Positions 27,852 to 38,856 are shown, counted from the first letter of the stretch. The stretch is DNA of 64,000 bases from Candidatus Peregrinibacteria bacterium CG_4_10_14_0_2_um_filter_38_24 (GCA_002792535.1 PFOM01000039.1:8564-72563), one strand, 5' to 3'. Notes: a model not told the origin generated them from the letters alone. Numbers and translations: made by a program.

Positions 27852-29138
27852 ATGCAAAGATTTAATTGTCACAGATTAATTACGCAAACTTTTGTAGTCG
27901 CAACTTTGCTACTTACATTTCCACTAACGGCTTTTGCCGCATATACTGGAGATATTTCAATAAATTCAAAAGACATAAGATTTTCTTCCAACTCATTTAT
28001 GGAAGGAAAAACCATAAGAATATACGCAACAGTAACAAATCAAAGCAATCTAGACCTCTTGGGCGTAGTGCGATTTTATGCAAACGGAAACCAAATTGGA
28101 GGAGACCAAGCCATCTCAATTTTTAAACACAAAACAGATGATGTATTCATGGATTGGACCGCTTTAAATTATGGCTCTGTAAAAATAGCGGTAAAAATCT
28201 TCCCGTGGGAACCGGAAATAGACAACCCAAGCAATAACTGGATCGTTGATTATGTAGACGTAACTCAAGATTCAGATCACGACGGAATTCCAAATTCCGA
28301 AGATCCGGACATGGACGGCGACGGGGTTATAAACGAAAACGACGCTTTCCCCCTCGATCCAAAAGAACAATATGATACAGACGGCGATGGGAAAGGAGAC
28401 AATTTTGACACAGATGATGACAATGACGGCGTTCCCGACGATTTAGACGGCATGCCACTTGATCCAAACGAAACCCTCGATACAGACAAAGACGGAATCG
28501 GAAATAATGCAGACACAGACGACGATGGAGACAAATTATCTGACGCAGAAGAATTAAAAACAGGAACAGATCCTATGAATCCTGACACAGACGGAGACGG
28601 AATGAACGACAAAACAGACGCTTTCCCCCTCGACCCGAAAGAACAACTCGACACAGATAACGATGAAATTGGAAACAATACCGACCCAAATGACGATAAT
28701 GACTCATTCCCTGACGTCTCAGACCCATTCCCATTAAATAATGCCCCTGTTCCAGACGTCACAAACAACAACCCAACAGTTAACCTCAGCGATAAAATCA
28801 CACTAGATGCATCCCCTTCCTACGATAAAGACGGAGATATCACCTCTTATCTGTGGGAAATTATAGAAACTCCAAATACAGCACTAGACCAATCAAATCC
28901 AACCGCAAAAGAAGGAAAATCCGTCACATACACCTTCAATAAAACAGGAAAATACAAAGTAAAACTAAGTGTAAAAGACAATTCAGGCGAATTTTCAACC
29001 AAAGAATTCTCTGTAAATATAATGAACATTACCGCATACAAACAGATTGCTCTCACAATTCTTTCAATTTTACTTGCAATGGTAATTATTTTAAAGTATA
29101 TTACCGGCACAAAAAATCAAAAAAATCATAATTCTTGA
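27852..29138 (+). CDS. secreted/anchored protein with thrombospondin type-3 Ca-binding repeats and a PKD-like domain
   Basis: 428 aa. It has a signal peptide ([17 protein letters not shown]), about 8 D-x-D-x-D-G-x-x-D-x-x-D repeats (28270..28740), a PKD-like segment ([18 protein letters not shown]) and a C-terminal TM anchor ([19 protein letters not shown]). Confidence 0.8.
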   Translation: MQRFNCHRLITQTFVVATLLLTFPLTAFAAYTGDISINSKDIRFSSNSFMEGKTIRIYATVTNQSNLDLLGVVRFYANGNQIGGDQAISIFKHKTDDVFMDWTALNYGSVKIAVKIFPWEPEIDNPSNNWIVDYVDVTQDSDHDGIPNSEDPDMDGDGVINENDAFPLDPKEQYDTDGDGKGDNFDTDDDNDGVPDDLDGMPLDPNETLDTDKDGIGNNADTDDDGDKLSDAEELKTGTDPMNPDTDGDGMNDKTDAFPLDPKEQLDTDNDEIGNNTDPNDDNDSFPDVSDPFPLNNAPVPDVTNNNPTVNLSDKITLDASPSYDKDGDITSYLWEIIETPNTALDQSNPTAKEGKSVTYTFNKTGKYKVKLSVKDNSGEFSTKEFSVNIMNITAYKQIALTILSILLAMVIILKYITGTKNQKNHNS

Positions 29139-29148
29139 AACTAAGCAT

Positions 29149-29445
29149 ATGAAAGCTGACATACACCCACAATACAAACAAGTAACGTTTAAATGCGCTT
29201 GCGGAGCCGAATATATCGCAGGCTCAACAATGGAAAAAGACGAGTTCCACACTGAAATCTGCTCAAGCTGTCATCCATTCTACACAGGTAAACAAAAACT
29301 TATAGATACTTCAGGACGTGTTGATAAATTCGTTGCAAAGATGAAAAAAGCTCAAGAAACCGCCGCAAAGAAAGTAAAAAAAATAGCTAAAGGAGAAGAA
29401 GAAGAAATCGCGGAAGCAACAGCAGAAGAAGGTTCAGTAGACTAA
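29149..29445 (+). CDS. rpmE: 50S ribosomal protein bL31
   Basis: 98 aa with MKADIHPQY..., the CxC...[13 protein letters not shown] zinc-ribbon pattern, and an acidic/basic C-terminal tail. Confidence 0.92.
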   Translation: MKADIHPQYKQVTFKCACGAEYIAGSTMEKDEFHTEICSSCHPFYTGKQKLIDTSGRVDKFVAKMKKAQETAAKKVKKIAKGEEEEIAEATAEEGSVD

Positions 29446-29458
29446 ACCTTAAACAAAC

Positions 29459-30538
29459 TTGAACAAAAATCTTATTCATTCCGAAGGAGATACATACGGA
29501 AAGGTCTTTATTGTAACAATATGGGGAACTTCGCACGGCCCAGAAATGGGAGTGAGTATTGAAGGATGCCCAAAAGGCCTAAAACTAAGCCAAAAAGACA
29601 TCCAAAAAGAAGTAGATCGCAGAAAACCAAAAGATCCTAGGATCTCGACAACAAGAGCCGAAAAAGACGAAGTTTTCATAAAATCCGGCATAAAAAATAA
29701 CAAAACAAACGGAAACCCGATAACTTTGACCGTAAAAAACGAAAATACTAGACCTCAAGACTATAAAAACATATTAAATGCCTTCCGCCCGGGACACGCA
29801 GATATCGCATATTTCATAAAATACGGAGATTTAAAAGAAACAGGTGGAGGAAGATCATCCGGCCGAGAAACCGTTTCAAGGGTAATGGCAGGCGCAATTG
29901 CAAAAAAAATCCTAAAAGAAAACAATAAAACTGAAATTTTCGGACACGTAATCCAAATCGGAAATGTAAAAACCAAAGATTTCGACAAAAACTTCATCGA
30001 AAAAAATCCTCTCCAAACAGCCGACAAATCAGCATTTCCAAAAATGATAAAATTAGTCGAAACTACACGAAAAAATGGAGACAGCATCGGCGCAATCATC
30101 GAAATTATTATAAAAAATCCACCGAAAGGACTTGGTGAACCGGTTTTCGACAAACTCGACGCAGAGCTTGCCAAAGCCCTAATGTCAATCGGCGCAGTAA
30201 AAGGAATCGAATTTGGCTCAGGATTTAACTCCGCAAAATTAAAAGGAAGCCAAAACAATGACCAAATGGAAACAAAAAACGGAAAAATCAATTTTCTTTC
30301 AAATAATGCAGGGGGAATATTAGGCGGAATTTCCACAGGCGAAAACATAATAATAAGACTTGCAATCAAACCAGTGCCCTCAATCGCAAAACTTCAAAAA
30401 ACAGTCACAAAAGACCTCAAAACCACACAAATCTCCGTTCTCGGTCGGCACGATTGCTGCCTCGCTCCACGCATAATTCCTGTAGCCGAAGCTATGTGTG
30501 CAATCGTACTTACAGATATGTTGCTAAGACAACAATAA
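29459..30538 (+). CDS. aroC: chorismate synthase
   Basis: 359 aa with a TTG start. Motifs are GTSHGPEMGVSIEGCP, FRPGHAD and GGGRSSGRETVSRV. Confidence 0.93.
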   Translation: MNKNLIHSEGDTYGKVFIVTIWGTSHGPEMGVSIEGCPKGLKLSQKDIQKEVDRRKPKDPRISTTRAEKDEVFIKSGIKNNKTNGNPITLTVKNENTRPQDYKNILNAFRPGHADIAYFIKYGDLKETGGGRSSGRETVSRVMAGAIAKKILKENNKTEIFGHVIQIGNVKTKDFDKNFIEKNPLQTADKSAFPKMIKLVETTRKNGDSIGAIIEIIIKNPPKGLGEPVFDKLDAELAKALMSIGAVKGIEFGSGFNSAKLKGSQNNDQMETKNGKINFLSNNAGGILGGISTGENIIIRLAIKPVPSIAKLQKTVTKDLKTTQISVLGRHDCCLAPRIIPVAEAMCAIVLTDMLLRQQ

Positions 30539-30546
30539 TCATTACA

Positions 30547-30658
30547 GGAGCAAAAGGATAGAAACACCTTTTTGAGCTTAAGCTTCTTTTTACCGTTATC
30601 CATCTTCTTTTCTGAAAAACGCAATGCGCTCGCAAAGGTATTTCTATCCTTTTGCTCC
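30547..30658. repeat. 112-nt hairpin element closed by an 18-bp perfect inverted repeat
   Basis: GGAGCAAAAGGATAGAAA (30547..30564) pairs with TTTCTATCCTTTTGCTCC (30641..30658). The stem continues imperfectly (ACCTTTTTGAGC / GCTCGCAAAGGT). The interior contains the palindrome AGCTTAAGCT. The element starts 9 nt after the aroC stop. Confidence 0.8.
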
Positions 30659-30789
30659 AATCAAGGTTTACTGTCTCAGAAAATTTGTGATTTTTAACTT
30701 TTCGAAAATAAATTTCATCAAAAATTTGAGTTGAGAAATAAAGTATGTATTCCATTTCTTTCTCCAGATCTTGACGGTTTGTAATTTTG

Positions 30790-30813
30790 CCAGATTTATG
30801 GTAAAATATCTGG
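30790..30813 (+). promoter_or_regulatory. extended -10 promoter (TGgTAAAAT) bracketed by a 6-bp inverted repeat
   Basis: TG at 30799..30800 and TAAAAT at 30802..30807. CCAGAT (30790..30795) and ATCTGG (30808..30813) flank it. It lies 26 nt upstream of the ATG at 30834. Confidence 0.45.
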
Positions 30814-30833
30814 ATCAAAAAATAAAAACAAAA

Positions 30834-32279
30834 ATGAAAAACAAAATTCTTGCCATATTGGCAGTAGGACTGATGAGTACTTTATTTTATTTCCAAACAA
30901 ACCTTTCGCAAACCCTAAAAACACAGGTTTTGATAGAAATAAACGAGAAAGAAAATCCTCGTTCCGAAATACTTCAGAACTACAATTACAAAATAATTTC
31001 ACAAGATAAAAGCACTGTAGAATTGGACGCGAATGAAGAAAAAAATCTCACGATAATTATTCAAAACACAGGAAAAACTTCATGGGATCTTTCAGGAAAT
31101 TCTAAAAATCCTATTTTTCTAAAATCAATTTTTCCGAATGAAACAAATAGCAACATTTATGATCAACAAGCCGAAAACTGGCAATCCCCTGTTCTCTATA
31201 AAATATCAGACACGGACAAAAAAGAAGAAATCAAAACAAATGAAACAATAACTTTTGAACTAAAAATTAAAGCTCCAAAAAATGCAGGAGCATACAAAGA
31301 AAAATTTGGACTACTAATTGAAAACAAAAAATTACTAAGGAACAAAACTTTAGATTTTGACATCCTCGTTGAAGGAGATTATGCGGATTCATATTCTTAT
31401 GAATATACAAATCCAGAGATGAAAGATAATTATCTCCCAAACAAAGAAAAACCACTAGAAATAAAACTAAAAAACACAGGAAAAACTCCATGGTATAAAT
31501 CTGGAAATCACAAAACATATTTAGAAGAAAATGGCACAAAAACAGAAACAGAACTCTCCGAATATCAAATAAACCCGGGAGAAGAAGGCACATTTTTAGT
31601 AAAATTAATAACTCCGTCCAACCTAGGATCATACGAGAAACAATTCATTTTCAAAATAAAAGATTTAATAGCATTCGACTCATCTCCGATAAATTTCGCG
31701 ATGAATATCACAAACAAAAAAGTCGCACTAACCTTCGATGACGGCTACGGCGAAATCGATCCATTCATAGATGCACTCGATAAATACAATGTTAAAGCCA
31801 CATTTTTCATGCTAGGAGTAGTCGCACAACATCAACCGGAACAAATGAGACGAATCATTTCAAGCGGCAACACTTTGGCAAACCACAGCTACAACCACCC
31901 TGATTTTCGCACACTTTCTCGTGAAGAAATAATATGGCAAGTCGAAGAAACAAGAAAAATCATGAAAACAATCACAGGATTGGATGTTCTCCCATATTTC
32001 AGATATCCGTACGGCGCACATAGCCAATTCTCAGACAGCATAATCGAAGGAAATGGCTGGAAATGGATTCATTGGACACAAGGGACCGGAGACTATCAAC
32101 ATCACGAAGATAGCGCAACGGGCCGCCACCAAACCTATTTTTATTCAACTCTAAACCCACCGGACACTTCAATCGTCCTTATGCACATCATAAGCAAATC
32201 AACGCTTGGAACACTTCCAGACGTCATAAAATGGTACAGGGATAATAACTATGCATTTATTACTGTTGATGAATTATAA
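30834..32279 (+). CDS. polysaccharide deacetylase (CE4/NodB) with N-terminal Ig/NBR1-like repeats
   Basis: The ORF is open from 30771, and the ATG at 30834 gives a signal-like start, MKNKILAILAVGLMSTLF. Two repeats have the form (N/K)LTIIIQNTGKTSWD / LEIKLKNTGKTPWY. The NodB domain carries VALTFDDGY and HSYNHPDF. Confidence 0.85.
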   Translation: MKNKILAILAVGLMSTLFYFQTNLSQTLKTQVLIEINEKENPRSEILQNYNYKIISQDKSTVELDANEEKNLTIIIQNTGKTSWDLSGNSKNPIFLKSIFPNETNSNIYDQQAENWQSPVLYKISDTDKKEEIKTNETITFELKIKAPKNAGAYKEKFGLLIENKKLLRNKTLDFDILVEGDYADSYSYEYTNPEMKDNYLPNKEKPLEIKLKNTGKTPWYKSGNHKTYLEENGTKTETELSEYQINPGEEGTFLVKLITPSNLGSYEKQFIFKIKDLIAFDSSPINFAMNITNKKVALTFDDGYGEIDPFIDALDKYNVKATFFMLGVVAQHQPEQMRRIISSGNTLANHSYNHPDFRTLSREEIIWQVEETRKIMKTITGLDVLPYFRYPYGAHSQFSDSIIEGNGWKWIHWTQGTGDYQHHEDSATGRHQTYFYSTLNPPDTSIVLMHIISKSTLGTLPDVIKWYRDNNYAFITVDEL

Positions 32280-32318
32280 GATAAATGTTATAATGTAATA
32301 CTGATTAAATAAAATATT

Positions 32319-32981
32319 ATGTCAGATCACGGACACGCAGAAGCACATCCAGAACCAGCACATCCAGAACCAGCTCACACAGAAGCACATGCTCCTGCGG
32401 CAGGAAATGCAGAAAATCAGCTTCAATCAATACGCGATTCAATCGACGCAAAAAAAGCTGAAATAGAAAGGAAAATCAATGCCGCCGCAGGAAAAGTACA
32501 AGGATTTTTAAGATTCGGAATGCCGGGAACACCAACAAAGCATAATATATTAATCGAACCGGTTTACGCGGCAGGAGATGTCTTAGGAACAGCAGGAAGA
32601 AGAGTATGGGAAGTGGCAGATACGACAGGCGCAATGATCCGCGCAACATTAAAAATGGCTACAGATCCACTTCTTCATCCACTAAATACGCTCAAACATC
32701 CAATAAAATACGCGGCAAATTTTGGAAGAATTTTTACAACTTCTATCGAAAATTACGCAAACATTCTTAATGCAATTCCAAGAAGCCTTCAGGAAGTATA
32801 CGAACGTGGAACCGCTCGCCCGTCAGAAAGACTTTTGGGAAGGATTCCGCTAATAGGAAGTAGCATAACAAAACTCACAAACGGTCTTGGATGGGTCATC
32901 AAAAAACCTCGCGAACTCACAGAATGGCTTACAAAACCTGTCTACGGAGCAGACGAATGGATGAAAGGACAACAAGGCTAG
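32319..32981 (+). CDS. hypothetical protein with His/Pro/Ala-rich N-terminus
   Basis: 220 aa beginning MSDHGHAEAHPEPAHPEPAHTEAHAPAAG. A perfect 15-nt tandem repeat lies at 32343..32372. G+C is visibly higher than in neighbours. TGtTATAAT at 32286..32294 lies upstream. Confidence 0.65.
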   Translation: MSDHGHAEAHPEPAHPEPAHTEAHAPAAGNAENQLQSIRDSIDAKKAEIERKINAAAGKVQGFLRFGMPGTPTKHNILIEPVYAAGDVLGTAGRRVWEVADTTGAMIRATLKMATDPLLHPLNTLKHPIKYAANFGRIFTTSIENYANILNAIPRSLQEVYERGTARPSERLLGRIPLIGSSITKLTNGLGWVIKKPRELTEWLTKPVYGADEWMKGQQG

Positions 32982-33003
32982 TTTTAATTAAGACAACAAA
33001 ACA

Positions 33004-34906
<1,903 letters not shown>

Positions 34907-34909
34907 AAA

Positions 34910-35971
34910 ATGCAAAAAACTTTGCCGGACTCATTCATCGTTACCGATAAATCAAACATAAAATATCTTTCAAACTTCACGGGATCACACGGAATTTTAT
35001 TTGTCACAAGCCAAAAAACACATCTCTTCACAGATTTTAGATATATTGAACGTGCAAAAAAAACCATCAAAAAAAATATCCAAGTCCTCGAATTAAACAA
35101 AGAAAATTGGCAAGAAATTTTAAAAAAAGAAAACACAAAAATTCTAGGAATCGAAGAAGATAATTTAACAATTTCAAGATTCAAAAAAATCAAAAAACTT
35201 TGCAAAATTAAAAACCTAAAAATAAAATTTCAGAACATTTCAGGAGTAATAGAATCAAGACGCGAAATAAAATCTCCACAAGAAATAAAACTCATCACGA
35301 AAAGCCAAAAAATAAACGAAAAAACATTCCTCATGATCAAGAAATTTATACAAGACTGCGTCTCTACACAAAGCGCAAAATCCCCTCTTCCAACAGAGAT
35401 AGAAATAGCATGGAAAATTCGCGAACTCGGCTACCAATTTGGCGCAGAAGAAGTATCTTTTGACCCAATAGTTGCCTTCGGAAAACATACCGCAATCCCC
35501 CACCATAGCCCAGACAAAACACGACTAAAAAAAGGTGACATCGTAATGGTAGACATGGGAATGAAATACAAAGGATTTTGCTCCGACATGACCCGCATGA
35601 TATTCACCGCAACTCCAACAAAATTCCAAAAAGAAATTTACGAACTAGTCCTGAAAGCCCAAGAAAACGGAATCAATAAAATCGCTTCAGGAATAACCGG
35701 AAAAAAAGCAGATGCCCTTTCGCGAGATATGATCGTAAAAAAAGGTTACGGCGAAAATTACGGCCACTCAGGCGGCCACGGAATCGGCTTGGACATCCAC
35801 GAACAACCATCTCTCGCAGAAAAATACACTGAGAAATTAAAAGAAAATTCAATCATCACTGTCGAACCTGGAATTTATCTAACTGGAAAATTCGGCATCC
35901 GCATCGAAGACATAATCTTAGTCAAAAAAGACAAATCAATAAATCTCACAAAAATAAGCAAAAAACTCTAG
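34910..35971 (+). CDS. M24-family Xaa-Pro aminopeptidase/dipeptidase
   Basis: 353 aa with pita-bread metal ligand segments: VMVDMGMKYKGFCSDMTR, HSGGHGIGLDIHE, and TVEPGIY...IRIED. Confidence 0.88.
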   Translation: MQKTLPDSFIVTDKSNIKYLSNFTGSHGILFVTSQKTHLFTDFRYIERAKKTIKKNIQVLELNKENWQEILKKENTKILGIEEDNLTISRFKKIKKLCKIKNLKIKFQNISGVIESRREIKSPQEIKLITKSQKINEKTFLMIKKFIQDCVSTQSAKSPLPTEIEIAWKIRELGYQFGAEEVSFDPIVAFGKHTAIPHHSPDKTRLKKGDIVMVDMGMKYKGFCSDMTRMIFTATPTKFQKEIYELVLKAQENGINKIASGITGKKADALSRDMIVKKGYGENYGHSGGHGIGLDIHEQPSLAEKYTEKLKENSIITVEPGIYLTGKFGIRIEDIILVKKDKSINLTKISKKL

Positions 35972-36124
35972 TCCTCAAAAACACATTCAATCGAACCACC
36001 ACCACACTTTCTCGCCAAATTAGTGGCCTTATCAAGCTCTTCTTCTGTCAAAACAACAAAATCCCCCTCTTCAGAATCACACAAAATCCCCCTCTTCAGA
36101 ATCACTCACATCAGGATTACCCAT
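35968..36124 (-). pseudogene. 43-codon acidic small ORF interrupted by a 25-nt tandem duplication
   Basis: The minus-strand ATG at 36124 reads MGNPDVSDSEEGDFV, then TGA. Removing one 25-nt copy restores MGNPDVSDSEEGDFVVLTEEELDKATNLARKCGGGSIECVFED*, whose stop at 35968..35970 overlaps the pepP-like stop by 2 nt. Whether the ORF is a real gene is unproven. Confidence 0.4.
36056..36105. repeat. perfect 25-nt tandem duplication
   Basis: ACAAAATCCCCCTCTTCAGAATCAC occurs at 36056..36080 and again at 36081..36105, with 100 percent identity and head-to-tail arrangement. Confidence 0.95.
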
Positions 36125-36186
36125 AAAATTAAATATCAATAGATCAAGACGGAATTATAGAACCCAACAGGAAGCTTGTCAAGCTG

Positions 36187-36215
36187 TTGCTTTTTCAGCC
36201 AATCTAATATAAAAT
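36187..36215 (+). promoter_or_regulatory. putative glmS promoter
   Basis: TTGCTT (36187..36192), a 17-nt spacer, then TAAAAT (36210..36215), 24 nt upstream of the ATG at 36240. The 6-1-6 palindrome AGCTTG-T-CAAGCT lies just upstream (36173..36185). Confidence 0.4.
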
Positions 36216-36239
36216 CGACAAGTTAAAATTTTTGCGTAT

Positions 36240-38018
36240 ATGTGCGGAATATTTGCCTATTTTGGAGAAAAAACACATTCCCCAAAGCTAGTAATTGAGG
36301 GATTGAAAAAACTTGAGTATCGTGGCTACGACTCATGGGGAATTGCATACAAAAAAGACGGGGATATCTCAATTCACAAAGAAGTCGGCAAAATCGGAGA
36401 CGTACACGATATTGCAGAACTTAAAGATGAATCCACAATCGCAATAGGCCATTCTCGCTGGGCAACACACGGCGGAGTAACACAAAAAAACGCGCATCCA
36501 CATTTTTCAGAAAACAAAGAAATAGTTCTAGTTCACAATGGAATTTTGGAAAATTATCTGGAGATTAAAAAAAATCTTGAGAAAAAAGGACACACATTCC
36601 GTTCACAAACAGACACAGAAGTCATAGCACATTTGATCGAAGATCACGCACGAACACATTCGTTTTTTGACAGCGTAAAAATGGCGATGGCAGAGATGGA
36701 AGGCAGGTATGCAATCGTTGTAATGAAAAAAGACGAAGACACCTTAATCGCAGCCAGACGCGGATCCCCTCTCATTCTCGGAGTCGGAAAAAAACACGGA
36801 GAATATTTCGTCGCATCAGATATCCCTGCATTTTTAAAATATACAAACAAAGTTATTTATTTGGATGACAATCAGATTTGTACACTAAAAAACAAATCAG
36901 CGCATTTTTATGACACTATCAAAAACACAGATATTCAAAAAAGAATAATTGAAATCGACTGGGACGTAGAAAGCGCAGAGAAAGGAGAATTCCCGCACTT
37001 CATGATCAAAGAAATAACAGAACAAAAAGACACATTAACGCGTGCAATAAACCAAGATCCGGAAACAATAAAACAAGTAGCAAAAAAAATAGAATCAGCA
37101 GAAAGCGTATTTTTAGTCGGATGCGGAACAGCAGGAAAAGCCTGTATGGTAGGCCAATATCTATTTTCAAAAATATCAAACAAACAAGTCTCTTTCTCCT
37201 TCGGATCAGAATTTGAAAACCACAAAAATTTCATAAATAAAAAGAGCTTAATCATCGCAGTTTCCCAATCCGGAGAAACCGCTGACACGCTTGAAGCAAT
37301 GGAAATCGCAAAAACAAACGGGGCAAAAATTGTTTCAATTGTAAATGTAGAAAATTCAAGCATGGCAAGAATGTCAGATTTTGTAATTCCAGTAAAAGCC
37401 GGACCGGAAAAAGCCGTCGCGTCGACAAAAGCGACAACATCTCAAATTGCCATCCTTATGCTACTTGCCTACGCTTGCGATGGAGAAATTAATATAGGAA
37501 AACAACTACTTGTAAACGCAGCCAGCCAAATAAACGACATGTTAAATCCAAGGTACGAAGAACATATTTCAAAAATTGCAGAAAAGATAAAACACGTAGA
37601 ATCAATGTATATAATCGGTCGCGGAGAAAATTATCCAATAGCACTTGAATCAGCGATAAAACTACAAGAAGTCTCATACATCCACGCAGAAGGATTCGCA
37701 GGAGGCGAACTAAAACACGGACCACTAGCATTAATATCAAAAGACACCCCGGTAATCGCACTCGTCGCAAACGATGAACAAAAGAAAAATATCATTTCAA
37801 ACGCAATCGAAGTAAAGGCCCGCGGAGGCTTCATAATCGGCGTTTCACCTGAAAACCAAGAAGTTTTCGACTATTGGATTCGCGTTCCAGACGTCGGAGA
37901 AGCATCCCCTATCGTAAATATAATTCCCGTACAACTTTTGGCCTACAAACTTGCAGTTTTAAAACACGTAGATCCCGACAAACCAAGAAACCTCGCAAAA
38001 AGCGTAACAGTAAAATAA
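36240..38018 (+). CDS. glmS: glutamine--fructose-6-phosphate aminotransferase
   Basis: 592 aa with the N-terminal nucleophile MCGIFAYFG, two SIS domains (VSQSGETADT), and a C-terminus of RNLAKSVTVK. Confidence 0.96.
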   Translation: MCGIFAYFGEKTHSPKLVIEGLKKLEYRGYDSWGIAYKKDGDISIHKEVGKIGDVHDIAELKDESTIAIGHSRWATHGGVTQKNAHPHFSENKEIVLVHNGILENYLEIKKNLEKKGHTFRSQTDTEVIAHLIEDHARTHSFFDSVKMAMAEMEGRYAIVVMKKDEDTLIAARRGSPLILGVGKKHGEYFVASDIPAFLKYTNKVIYLDDNQICTLKNKSAHFYDTIKNTDIQKRIIEIDWDVESAEKGEFPHFMIKEITEQKDTLTRAINQDPETIKQVAKKIESAESVFLVGCGTAGKACMVGQYLFSKISNKQVSFSFGSEFENHKNFINKKSLIIAVSQSGETADTLEAMEIAKTNGAKIVSIVNVENSSMARMSDFVIPVKAGPEKAVASTKATTSQIAILMLLAYACDGEINIGKQLLVNAASQINDMLNPRYEEHISKIAEKIKHVESMYIIGRGENYPIALESAIKLQEVSYIHAEGFAGGELKHGPLALISKDTPVIALVANDEQKKNIISNAIEVKARGGFIIGVSPENQEVFDYWIRVPDVGEASPIVNIIPVQLLAYKLAVLKHVDPDKPRNLAKSVTVK

Positions 38019-38218
38019 AAACTCAGTCCAATTTTTACAAAACTCTTGATGTATAAAAGCGAAACTCCCGCAGAAAAAGCCGGAATTTACAATCAAAAAG
38101 CCAAGGAATCACAAGTAAAACTGGAACAATTAATAGAAAATAAAATGCTCCAATAGAGGAAAATAAGAGTACAAGTCTATTTGAAATAGCATACGCAGAA
38201 GAATTAGCAACGGAAGAA

Positions 38219-38803
38219 TTGGCGACAGAGGAAAACCCAAGTGAAATAGAATTAATGATTCTGGGAATCCAAACCTATACAGAACTTACAGTTGAAGCGG
38301 CCTCAGAAGAAACAGATCCAGAAATTGCGACAGAATTACTCACAGACATCCAAGTCACACAAGCTGACACAACAGAACTCTTAGAAACAACCGTCGATGA
38401 TTTTATATTCGACGGATCGCAAAAAATCGATTTAAAAAAATTCAAAGATCCGACAATTAAAGCAGAGAGAAAATTACAAAGAAAAACCGAACAACTCAAA
38501 AAATTAGCAGAAAAATTAGCAGGATCAAACATTCCAAAAGAAGAAGCAGGTAAAATTATTGAAAAACACAAAGAGCATTTGGAGAATTTAGCCACAAACG
38601 CGGAAGCCATAAAGGCAGACTCACAATTGCTTAAAACGGCGGTAGAATCAAGAGACAAAGAAGCAGTAAAAGCTGGCTGTCCAAGACGCCAAAGATCAAA
38701 TGGAAACACACGTCGAAAAAAGAATCGACAAAAACCAAGAAATGAAAGAACAGAAGAAGGAAGAAAAGAAGAACAACCAACCCGCGAATCCAAGCCCAAA
38801 TAA
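38219..38803 (+). CDS. acidic coiled-coil hypothetical protein (possibly frameshifted)
   Basis: 194-aa ORF from TTG 38219; the frame is open from 38144. Compositionally similar ORF pieces lie in another frame upstream (38049..38156) and downstream (38670..38819). The antisense ORFs are F/S-rich and spurious. Confidence 0.5.
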   Translation: MATEENPSEIELMILGIQTYTELTVEAASEETDPEIATELLTDIQVTQADTTELLETTVDDFIFDGSQKIDLKKFKDPTIKAERKLQRKTEQLKKLAEKLAGSNIPKEEAGKIIEKHKEHLENLATNAEAIKADSQLLKTAVESRDKEAVKAGCPRRQRSNGNTRRKKNRQKPRNERTEEGRKEEQPTRESKPK

Positions 38804-38826
38804 ATGCCCAAAACAATAAAACAATT

Positions 38827-38856
38827 AAAAGAGCCCTAAATTAGGGCTCTTTTTTA
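38827..38856 (+). terminator. intrinsic terminator
   Basis: AGAGCCCTA (38830..38838) pairs with TAGGGCTCT (38842..38850), followed by T5 (38851..38855). Confidence 0.85.

Noticed and set aside
28277-28801. 174-aa minus-strand Ser-rich ORF
   Set aside because: It is the mirror image of the GAC/GAT-rich TSP3 repeat region; Asp codons read antisense give Ser/Val. It is a repeat-driven artefact.
29761-30369. 202-aa minus-strand ORF
   Set aside because: It is antisense to chorismate synthase and has an F/S/I/P-rich composition.
30394-30818. Two minus-strand ORFs (88 and 102 aa) across the aroC downstream region
   Set aside because: Both run through the two arms of the 18-bp inverted repeat and into the aroC coding end. 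No start context supports them. The region is better explained as a structured non-coding element plus the promoter of the CE4 gene.
35972-36239. Possible glmS ribozyme upstream of glmS
   Set aside because: I could not find the conserved glmS ribozyme core, and the predicted promoter leaves only an ~18-nt leader. An Rfam scan would settle it.
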